Assembly (NCBI RefSeq): GCF_000737315.1
Contig: NZ_JMCB01000003.1
Span: 372,001-436,000, forward strand
From: Hyalangium minutum
GTDB taxonomy: Bacteria; Myxococcota; Myxococcia; Myxococcales; Myxococcaceae
Direction: 5' to 3'
Length of the DNA: 64,000 bases
Shown: positions 47,406 through 55,265 of the stretch, piece after piece
Layout: the number at the start of each line of letters is the position of its first letter
Position numbering within the stretch: the stretch's first letter is position 1
Notes under the pieces: model-generated
The model's database searches: none
What the model saw: only the letters and a program-made list of their open reading frames with translations
What the model was told of the DNA's origin: nothing
Made by a program: the position numbers and the translations under genes

Positions 47406-48901
47406 GGCGTTCCTGAGGTGGGCTGAGGGGACTGGTCGTAGGAGGCCACGAAGCACGCCCCCTGGTAGTCGAACATCCGCTCGCCGCACGGAGGCTCCTG
47501 GTCCTTGAAGGGCCCCATCCAGCAACCACCCACAATCTCTCTTTCGATGCGCGGAACACATGGCGGACGACGCTGTCCAGGGAAGGGTTTGGAGGGCATC
47601 GGCCGCCCAAGAGAAAGCAGCGTGGGCACCACCGCCTTGGGAACATCCTGGACGTTCGTCAGCGCCTCATCCCCCACTCCTGCATCTGGCGCGAACTGGG
47701 CGATCTCCTCCGGCGTCGCGAGCCAGGGAACTGGCTGAGGAGTGGATGGAGTGTCTTGGTGCGTGGGGGAAGAGGCTTTGAGAAACGGGAGCAGCACGAG
47801 CGCCACCACGAGGCCGCCAATCATGGACGCGCTGGCCCAGGTGAACCACACGGGAACTGTATGACGTGAGGGCCGAGGTTCCTCCTTAGTCGCAGGGGCG
47901 GGCTGGCGTGAGGCGATCGGTCCTGGGCTGGGCGAGTCTTCGCTCAAGGGCTCGGAGCTGTACGGTGGGGGTTCGGAGCTGAACCTGTCGCCGGCCTCCG
48001 TCGGCATGGCGCTCGGAGTGGGGACAATGGTCCTGTCCAGCTCGCTATTCTCCGCCTGTGCCAGCAGCGCACACTCCCGCGCCAGTTGCTCCGCTGAGCC
48101 CCGTGCTCTCCGGTTCTCGGAGAGCAGCCGAAGGATGATCGCCTCCAGTTCCGGGCAGACCGTGGCCAGCGCTGACGGAGCAGGCACCTCGAGCTGGTCC
48201 ATGGGCTCTCCACCATCCGTGAGAGGCGGTAGATACTTGCCCGTCACCAGCCGATAGAGCGCCACGCCGAGGGAATAGAGATCATCCGAGACGCTGGACT
48301 GCCAGCGGGCCTCCATGTCCATGCGGAAGCAATAGGAGAAGCGCCGTTGCTCCGGAGAGCGATAGGCCGTCGTGCCCGGAGGTGCAGGGGTGTCCGTGAG
48401 TGGCTCCGCGCCAGCGAACCAACCCGAGCCCCAGTCCAGAAGGACGGCCCGGCCTTCCGCAGTGACACGGATGTTGCCTCCTTTTATATCCCGGTGGATG
48501 GCGCCGCGAGCATGGGCCGTGGCCAGGGCATCCGCGAGCTGGGCTGTGACTTTCAGCACATCCCGGTTGGAGCGCTGCCGCTCCTGGAACCAGTCGTACA
48601 GACTTCGGCCTCGCACTGCCTCCATGACCAGGTAGGGGTACTGGCAGTCGTCCGACCCCGTCCACAGGCCCGTGTCCTCGAAGCGAGGGATGCTCGGATG
48701 CGGGCAGCGCTGGAGTAACTCGGCCTCTCGCTCGAAGCGAGCATCGTTGGGCATCTTCGCCGTCTTGAGCGCCACGGGAGGGGACTCAGGGGCTTCGGAA
48801 CGACGCGCCAGGAACACCACGCCAAAGCTCCCCGAGTCCATGCGCTCAAGAATGAGCCAGGAGCCCACGGTGGAGCCGACAGCGGGGACTTCTCGGGCCA
48901 T
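47402..48901 (-). CDS. Ser/Thr protein kinase (DWG subtype) with TM and C-terminal Cys-containing domain
   Basis: GSFGVVF, VALK, HRDIKGGN, LDWGSG, YRSPEQ, DDLYSLG; TM; PGQRRPPC...GGCW...CF tail. Confidence 0.88.
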   Translation of the reverse strand: MAREVPAVGSTVGSWLILERMDSGSFGVVFLARRSEAPESPPVALKTAKMPNDARFEREAELLQRCPHPSIPRFEDTGLWTGSDDCQYPYLVMEAVRGRSLYDWFQERQRSNRDVLKVTAQLADALATAHARGAIHRDIKGGNIRVTAEGRAVLLDWGSGWFAGAEPLTDTPAPPGTTAYRSPEQRRFSYCFRMDMEARWQSSVSDDLYSLGVALYRLVTGKYLPPLTDGGEPMDQLEVPAPSALATVCPELEAIILRLLSENRRARGSAEQLARECALLAQAENSELDRTIVPTPSAMPTEAGDRFSSEPPPYSSEPLSEDSPSPGPIASRQPAPATKEEPRPSRHTVPVWFTWASASMIGGLVVALVLLPFLKASSPTHQDTPSTPQPVPWLATPEEIAQFAPDAGVGDEALTNVQDVPKAVVPTLLSLGRPMPSKPFPGQRRPPCVPRIEREIVGGCWMGPFKDQEPPCGERMFDYQGACFVASYDQSPQPTSGTP

Positions 48902-49063
48902 GTAGCGCCTCCATGAGACGGATGAGGTCGTGCGTTTTCGACCCTACCTCATGAGGCATGTCCCCGCTACCGGTGGAGTCCACCCTGAAGGGCTACGCGC
49001 TCGGTAGGCTTCATCAAGGCCCTGGCAGCGACCCGCGCCGCGGAACTCGCTAATCTCCCCTCC

Positions 49064-50866
49064 ATGCGTCTCATCTCCCGCCTTGGGGCGGTCGTGCTGT
49101 GCCTCCTGCTTCTCCCCCTGCTCTCCGCCCGTGCGGAGGGCTCAGAGCCCAAGCGCGTCGTCGCCGTCCTCTACTTCGACAACAACACCGGGGACTCCTC
49201 GCTCAACGTCCTGCAGAAGGGCTTCGCGGACATGATGGTGACGGACCTGTCCGCCGTCGAGCAGCTCCAGCTCGTCGAGCGCGAGAAGCTCCAGGCGATC
49301 ATCGATGAGCAGAAGCTCCAGCGCAGCAAGTACTTCGATGCAAAGACCGCGGTGAAGCTCGGCAAGCTCGTTGGCGCCCAGTACGCCGTGTCCGGCTCCT
49401 TTCAAGCCATGGAGCCGCAGCTGCGCATCGATATCAAGATGTTCGATCTCCAGACCGGCAATGTCCTCGTCACCGGCCAGGTCGTCGGCCTCAAGAACAA
49501 GCTCTTTGAACTCCAGCAGCAGCTGGTGACCCGCTTCGTCACCGGCCTCGCGCTCAAGCTCCCCGGCCCTCCCCGCCTCAAGAGCCGTACCCCCGACGTC
49601 GATACCCTGCTGAGCTACTCCAAGGGCATCGATCTCGTGGACCAGGGCAAGCTCGAAGAAGCCCGCGTGCAGCTCGCCGCCGTGGTTAGCAAGGCTCCCA
49701 CCTTCCTGCTCGCGCGCGAGCGCCATGAGCAGCTCCTCGCCCGGCTGAAGGCCTCGGAGGCGAAGCGGGGGGAGGTGCTCTCCGACGTCAGCGAAGCGCT
49801 CGGACGAAGCGCCGAGGAGTTCCTCCGCTCCACCCCGGCTGAGGGCCTCGATGAAAAAGGCTCCCTCATGCGCCTGGGCTACCGATCGGTCCGGTTGCAG
49901 TACCTGCTGCGCCAGCTCAAGCCGCACCTGGGCACTGAGCACCCGAATGTCATCCTGCCCGGCCACGAGGCCCAGGTCCTCGCCCTGCTGCGGCTCTGGC
50001 ACGAGCAAGGCATCGCCTACGTCCAGGAGAACCGCGAGCACTTCCGCCGCTTCCACAAGGTCATCGAGGGGGCCCCCTACCTCTCGTCCATGAGCCTGAC
50101 GCTCCAACCCGAGGACGAGGAGCGCCTGCGCCAGGCAAAGTATGGCTCCCTCGCCTACGAGGACGACGCGCCCGTCTCCGTGGCGGAGTTTCTCCTCATG
50201 GGCCGGTACCGGACCAGCTCCGAGTCCTTCCAGATGGCTCCCACGCTCGCGGACCAGGATCCCTCCGTTCTCAAGGAGGGCTTTCAGTTGCTGGACGAGG
50301 CCCTCCAGGAGGCCGAGGCCACCATTCCGCGGTTGCAGGAAGCCCGCGCCCGTCAGGTTCTGGAGCTGTATGGAGACGCCCTCATGCTTCGAGGCCATGT
50401 GGAAGAGGCGGTCGCCAAGTGGCAGCTGTTCCTCGATCGCTTCCCGTCCGCGAGGGCCTTCCCGTGGATCAGCAACAAGATCAAGACAGCGCTGGGCGTG
50501 GGCCCCAACCTCCGCGAGAACGCGGGCACGCAATACAACGTGGCCCTGGCTTCGTGCGACATGCCCGCCGCCCGCGAGGGCTACCACCACGAGCTGAACC
50601 GGCGCCTGCAGACCCAGGGCTACAAGGCCGCTCGCGCCATGTTCGAAGAGCTGGACGCGAAGTGCAGTGGCGCGAAGGACGCCAAGTTCGTCATCCGTGG
50701 CGTCCTCGTCTCGACCGCCTTGTCTGCCGGGCGCGCGGGAGACTGCGCCACCTTTCACTCGCTCTCCCCGCGCTTCTTGGAGCTGGGCGGCAGCAAGGGC
50801 GATCTCGCGGGGTACCTGAAGAACTACGTGCCCCACTGCCTCCCTGCCCCGGCCACGAGCCCCTGA
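49064..50866 (+). CDS. Exported CsgG/FlgO-like (TolB_N-like) domain protein with TPR-like extension
   Basis: Signal peptide; VAVLYFDN...KGFADMMVTDLS...LVEREKLQAIIDEQKL...KLGKLVGAQYAVSGS...LRID...TG; helical C-terminal region with Cys pairs. Confidence 0.75.
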   Translation: MRLISRLGAVVLCLLLLPLLSARAEGSEPKRVVAVLYFDNNTGDSSLNVLQKGFADMMVTDLSAVEQLQLVEREKLQAIIDEQKLQRSKYFDAKTAVKLGKLVGAQYAVSGSFQAMEPQLRIDIKMFDLQTGNVLVTGQVVGLKNKLFELQQQLVTRFVTGLALKLPGPPRLKSRTPDVDTLLSYSKGIDLVDQGKLEEARVQLAAVVSKAPTFLLARERHEQLLARLKASEAKRGEVLSDVSEALGRSAEEFLRSTPAEGLDEKGSLMRLGYRSVRLQYLLRQLKPHLGTEHPNVILPGHEAQVLALLRLWHEQGIAYVQENREHFRRFHKVIEGAPYLSSMSLTLQPEDEERLRQAKYGSLAYEDDAPVSVAEFLLMGRYRTSSESFQMAPTLADQDPSVLKEGFQLLDEALQEAEATIPRLQEARARQVLELYGDALMLRGHVEEAVAKWQLFLDRFPSARAFPWISNKIKTALGVGPNLRENAGTQYNVALASCDMPAAREGYHHELNRRLQTQGYKAARAMFEELDAKCSGAKDAKFVIRGVLVSTALSAGRAGDCATFHSLSPRFLELGGSKGDLAGYLKNYVPHCLPAPATSP

Positions 50867-50870
50867 GCCC

Positions 50871-53177
50871 TCAGCGCCGGCGCCAGCTGAGCAGCCGCGC
50901 CGCCGCCACCGTGCCGAACACGAGCACCGTGAAGGCCGCCGTGTACCCGAGGAAGACGATCCACCCCGTTGTCGTCCCCGGGATGCCCACCGAGGGGCTG
51001 AGATCCTGGAACTGCGCTCCCGAGAAGAAGCCACACGCCAGGCTCACCGGCAGGAAGACGAACACCAGCAAGCCCACCATCCGGTCGAACTGGTCCCGCT
51101 TGTACTGGTCCAGCTCCGAGGCCTGATCCCTCATCGCCGCCACGGTCTCCTGCATGCCGTGGAGCGAGTGCCACGCCAGGTAGCGCGCGTTGAGATCCGG
51201 ATCCTCGCCGATACGTGAGTGCCACAGCGAGTTGGTGAACAGCATCACGTCCGAGCGCACGCTGCGCGCCGGCCGCAGGCTCTGCCAACGCGAGGTGCGG
51301 TAGCGCTGCTCCACCTCGGCCATCCTCCGGCTGATCTCGAAGGCCGAGTAGCGCTGTCCGGTGGTGAGCAGGAACAGGAGGAAGTCCTGATCGCACCGCA
51401 GCGGCGCGCCCTCCTCCGCCTCGAGCAGAATCTCCACCCGGGCCCCTCCCGTGGGGGTGAGCCAGTGCTCCGTCTCTCCAGCCGCGTCCTTCAGCACCCG
51501 GCGGCTCTCCGCCGCGGCCTCCGAGGGCAGCCGCTCCAGCGTGGGCGCCGTCCCCGAGGCCAGCGCGTGAAAGAGTCCCTGCATGGAGCGCGAGTCATCC
51601 AGCATGGACGAGCGGCCTCGGGAGATCCGGTAGGCGCCGTAGACGAGCCACCGCTCCGGGCCCAGCGGCTCGAGCGAGGGCCTCAGCTCCTTCAGGGGTG
51701 TCAGCTCCCAGAGTGCCCGCCCCTCGGCGAGCGCCGCCTGTTCCTGGGCGAGCGCGTACAGCGAGATCTCCTCCTTCCGAGGCTGCTCGATCCACACCAC
51801 GACGAGCTGGTTCGGGTAGACGGAGACGTGCACGGTCTGCCCTTCGGAGGGCTGCTCGTAGTGCGCCACATCCGCCTCCGAGGAGCTCCCGAGGAAGGAC
51901 TGGGTGACGGCCGGGTGGAAGGTTCCCGCCTGCTCCGAGAAGTCACGGCGGCGGAAGCCTCGTGCCAGGAGTTCGGTGTGCGGCATTCCGCCCTTCCACA
52001 GGAAGGGCCGGGCAAAGACGGTGTGGGCCCGGAGGATGGGGACGTTGCGGCCCACGTTGTACCGACTCCAGAGCGCCTCCCACAGCGATCGGCGTGTCAG
52101 GCGTGTGCCCGCATACGGTGGGGCTACCAGCGTGGCTCGGCTCGTGGAGCTCGTGTAGCCATCCGTGTACCAGGGATCGGAGTAGTCGTTGGGCTGGTGC
52201 TCGAAGCGCTTGGGCCCTCGCGCCCGAGGGCCACCCTTCGGCAGCTGATCTCCCTCCAGCGTGTCCAGCCACTCGGCGAGGCCTGCCAGAGTGCCTGCGC
52301 GCTCGGGGGCCAGCGAGAGGGTGTGCCGGTAATAGGCCGTCTCCACGTGGGGGGCGTGGACGGCCATGAAGTCGAAGCCCTGCCCATAGTGTGTGTACTC
52401 CGTGTCGGAGCGGGCCAGGAGCTTGAGGACGGTGACGTCCTGGAACGACGAGAGGAAGAGTGCATCCACCCGGCGCACCGGGGCGTCCTTGGCCTCGGCC
52501 AGGGGGATGTCCAGCTGCACCCGCTGCGCGCGCGACAGCTCCGCCTTGTACAGCAGGCCGTCCGCCTTCAGGCGCCGGGTGACCGGCGGAGGCACGAGGG
52601 ACTCCGGGAGCCTCGTCAGCTCGGAGCGATCACGCACCACCGCCATCGCGGCGGCCAGCAGCTCGAGCACCGGACGGGCCGGCCGGCCCAGCTGCGAGGG
52701 CCAGAGGCGCAGCGCCGCGTAGAACACCGGCCCCAACGCCCGTTCGTACTCTCCGGCCAGCTCGGTCTGGCCCTGCTCCCACGCGCTGATGTACTCGCTG
52801 AAGGCCTCGGCGCCCTCGGGGAACTGGCCGTGGAGGATCCGGTAGATGGCGAGCAGCGCCGCCGTGGTCGCATCGAGGGTCGCCTCGTGGATGCGCAGCC
52901 GGATGGGCCCGGAGGAGCCCTCGGCGGCGAAGGCATCCAGCTCCGCTCCGGCCATCAGCACCGCGCCCGTGGACGCGTGCATCCCGCGACGCACCCACTG
53001 CGGCAGCTTCCACGACAGCATGCGCGGATGGGCAGGCAAGGACTCGCTTCGGGCGCCCACGCTGATGAACAGCTCTCTCGGGCCGGGCTCGGCCCCGGGG
53101 GCGGGTTTCTCGGTGCTCCACTCGACCTGATCTTCTCGGGACAGCAGCTCAACGCTCTGCCGGAACCTGGCATCCAT
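50871..53177 (-). CDS. Fusion of degenerate DHH/NrN-like domain and CorA-like two-TM domain
   Basis: 768 aa from ATG 53177. N-terminal IHEATLDATTAALL and YSDPWYTDG...VAPPYAGTRLT segments; C-terminal helical region (GQRYSAFEIS...FTNSLWHSRI...MRDQASELDQY) followed by two TMs with LPVSLACGFFSG. Confidence 0.6.
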   Translation of the reverse strand: MDARFRQSVELLSREDQVEWSTEKPAPGAEPGPRELFISVGARSESLPAHPRMLSWKLPQWVRRGMHASTGAVLMAGAELDAFAAEGSSGPIRLRIHEATLDATTAALLAIYRILHGQFPEGAEAFSEYISAWEQGQTELAGEYERALGPVFYAALRLWPSQLGRPARPVLELLAAAMAVVRDRSELTRLPESLVPPPVTRRLKADGLLYKAELSRAQRVQLDIPLAEAKDAPVRRVDALFLSSFQDVTVLKLLARSDTEYTHYGQGFDFMAVHAPHVETAYYRHTLSLAPERAGTLAGLAEWLDTLEGDQLPKGGPRARGPKRFEHQPNDYSDPWYTDGYTSSTSRATLVAPPYAGTRLTRRSLWEALWSRYNVGRNVPILRAHTVFARPFLWKGGMPHTELLARGFRRRDFSEQAGTFHPAVTQSFLGSSSEADVAHYEQPSEGQTVHVSVYPNQLVVVWIEQPRKEEISLYALAQEQAALAEGRALWELTPLKELRPSLEPLGPERWLVYGAYRISRGRSSMLDDSRSMQGLFHALASGTAPTLERLPSEAAAESRRVLKDAAGETEHWLTPTGGARVEILLEAEEGAPLRCDQDFLLFLLTTGQRYSAFEISRRMAEVEQRYRTSRWQSLRPARSVRSDVMLFTNSLWHSRIGEDPDLNARYLAWHSLHGMQETVAAMRDQASELDQYKRDQFDRMVGLLVFVFLPVSLACGFFSGAQFQDLSPSVGIPGTTTGWIVFLGYTAAFTVLVFGTVAAARLLSWRRR

Positions 53178-53220
53178 CGGGTTGCAGCATACAGGTGCCT
53201 CCGTGCCAGAATCCTGATTC

Positions 53221-53952
53221 GTGCGTTCCTTTTCTTCGCTTCCGGTGCGTTTTCTGTGTCTGTTCCTCGGGCTGCTGGCACTGCCCGCCCCCGCCGCCGA
53301 GCAGCCCACCGTCGCGGTCCTCTACTTCGGCTACGGCGGGAAGACGCCGGAGCTGGAGGTGCTCCGCAAGGGGCTGGCCCAGATGCTGATCTCGGATCTG
53401 TCGGGCTTCGGGACGGTGAAGCTGGTGGAGCGGGAGCGGCTCCAGGAGATTCTGGACGAGCTGGAGCTGGGCCAGTCCTCCAAGTTCGATGCGGACACCG
53501 TGGCCAAGCTCGGCAAGCTGCTGGGCGCCCAGTATTTGGTGATGGGCGACTACTTCGATCTGCTGAACAGCCTCCGCGTGGATGCCCGAGTCATCGAGGT
53601 GAAGACGGGCCAGATTCTCCGCTCTCTGGGAGCCCGGGGCAGCGCGGAAGACTTCTTCACGCTCGAACAGAAGCTGTCGCAGGACATCAACAAGGTGCTC
53701 GAGGAGCTCGTCGCCAAGGCCACCGCTCCGTCCAAGGAGCCCGCTCCCGGGCCCTCTGGCGGTTCCCATGGGTCCACGCCCTCTCGCATGGCGCGGCGGC
53801 TCACCACGAAGACGGCGCTGCGCTATTCCAAAGCCCTGGACGCGAAGGATCGCAAGGACGTGGAGACCGCGAAGAAGGAGCTGAAGGCGGTGCTCGAGGA
53901 GCAGCCGGACTTCGTGCTCGCCTCCGCGGATCTGGCCCGCCTGATGAAGTGA
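53221..53952 (+). CDS. Exported CsgG/FlgO-like domain protein (short paralogue)
   Basis: GTG start, signal peptide, VAVLYFGY...KGLAQMLISDLS...LVERERLQEILDELEL...KLGKLLGAQYLVMG...LRVDARVIEVKTG. Confidence 0.78.
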   Translation: MRSFSSLPVRFLCLFLGLLALPAPAAEQPTVAVLYFGYGGKTPELEVLRKGLAQMLISDLSGFGTVKLVERERLQEILDELELGQSSKFDADTVAKLGKLLGAQYLVMGDYFDLLNSLRVDARVIEVKTGQILRSLGARGSAEDFFTLEQKLSQDINKVLEELVAKATAPSKEPAPGPSGGSHGSTPSRMARRLTTKTALRYSKALDAKDRKDVETAKKELKAVLEEQPDFVLASADLARLMK

Positions 53953-53959
53953 GTCCGCC

Positions 53960-55228
53960 CTACTTGCAGAAGAACTCGGCCTGACGGGATCCCTTCTGCC
54001 GGGCGCGGCACCACGCGGCCTTGGCGCGATCCCGATCCGCCACGGTCTCCTCCTGCTTTCCAGCGGACTGGGAGGCCTGAGCCCTCGCGGCGTAGGCATG
54101 CCCCAGGAAGAGGGAGACCTCCGGGATCTCCGGGGCCAGCTCCGTCGCGCGCTCCAGGAACTGCACGGCCTCCTCCACGCGCTGCTTCTGCAGGGCGAGG
54201 AGCCCCAGGTTGAAGCGCGGCTTCCAGAACCGGGCGTCCAGCTCCGCGGCCCGCTGGTAGTGCTCCGCGCTCTCCAGCCAGTCATTGGCGAGCGCCGCCA
54301 TCCTCCCGGCGAGGTTCTCGGCCGCCGCGAAGTCCTTGCACTCGAGCGCCGCGCTCATGGCCGCGGCATCCGGGTGGCCCGTCAGGAAGCTCGCCTTGGC
54401 CACGAAGAAGGAACCCTCCGGGCCCCAGCGCTGGCTCTGGGCACGAAGCGTCTCGAGGGCTGCGTTGGCCTCCTGGGGACGTGACGCCTCGGGGAGCTGA
54501 TCCGAGAGCTTGGGCACCACGGCCACCAGGGCCTCGACCGCGGAGGCATCCTTTTCCTTGCAGGCGGCCGGGACTGGAGGCTCGCCGCTCTCCGTCACGA
54601 GCACGTCCAGCTGCTTCCGGAGCTGAGCGGCTCTCTCGGAGGCATGGAGCGAGAAGAGCCCCAGCGCCACGACGAGGATCGCGAGGAGCGCTCCACCCAC
54701 GAGCGCCAGCCGCCGGTTGTTGGCAGGGCTGGCCTTCGGGGGAGCCGCCGTGGAAGCCACCGGCTCGGAGGGGGCGGCGGGCACGGGGCTCTCGGGCTCC
54801 TGGGCGTAGCGCTCCTTATACCAGGACAGGATCGCGACCAGGGAGTTGAGGGCCGTGAGCGCATCCTCGAGGCCCACCTTCACACCGGCCTCGTGGAGGC
54901 CGCCCGCGTGATCGTGCGAGCTGAGGTTCCCCCAGGCCTGCACCGTGCCCATGTGCGCCAGGATGTTGGTGGGAATGACGCTGGCGTGGGCCTGCTGCCG
55001 GAACTTGGAGAGCAGCTCGTCCAGCATCGCCTTGCCCGGCGTGTGCTTGAGCTCGGTGGTGGCCAGCGAGCGGAGGATCATCTCCACCACCAGCCGCGCG
55101 TTCTGCAGCGCCCCCTTGTAGTCCTGGTGCCGGGCCCGGGTGGTGAGCGCCGTGAGATCGTCGCGGGCCCTCCCGAAGTACGGCGTGAGCTGCTCGATGC
55201 GCTTGAGCAGTGGCTCCAGCTCGGTCAT
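53960..55228 (-). CDS. DUF4145 (HEPN-like) domain + TM + TPR protein
   Basis: N-terminal ARLVVEMIL...LDELL...IPTNI...WGNLSSH...ALNSLVAILSWY; single TM LALVGGALLAILVVALGLFSL; C-terminal TPRs (HYQRAAELD...RFNLGLL...FLERATELAP). Confidence 0.7.
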   Translation of the reverse strand: MTELEPLLKRIEQLTPYFGRARDDLTALTTRARHQDYKGALQNARLVVEMILRSLATTELKHTPGKAMLDELLSKFRQQAHASVIPTNILAHMGTVQAWGNLSSHDHAGGLHEAGVKVGLEDALTALNSLVAILSWYKERYAQEPESPVPAAPSEPVASTAAPPKASPANNRRLALVGGALLAILVVALGLFSLHASERAAQLRKQLDVLVTESGEPPVPAACKEKDASAVEALVAVVPKLSDQLPEASRPQEANAALETLRAQSQRWGPEGSFFVAKASFLTGHPDAAAMSAALECKDFAAAENLAGRMAALANDWLESAEHYQRAAELDARFWKPRFNLGLLALQKQRVEEAVQFLERATELAPEIPEVSLFLGHAYAARAQASQSAGKQEETVADRDRAKAAWCRARQKGSRQAEFFCK

Positions 55229-55265
55229 CAGTCTCCTCGTGGGAGCACCCTACCACCGCCCTCGC

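Noticed and set aside
49142-53984. Long ORFs 49142-51034 (-) and 51219-53984 (+)
   Set aside because: Shadows of the CsgG-like and CorA-fusion genes; they lack signal peptides and motifs, while the opposite frames have them.
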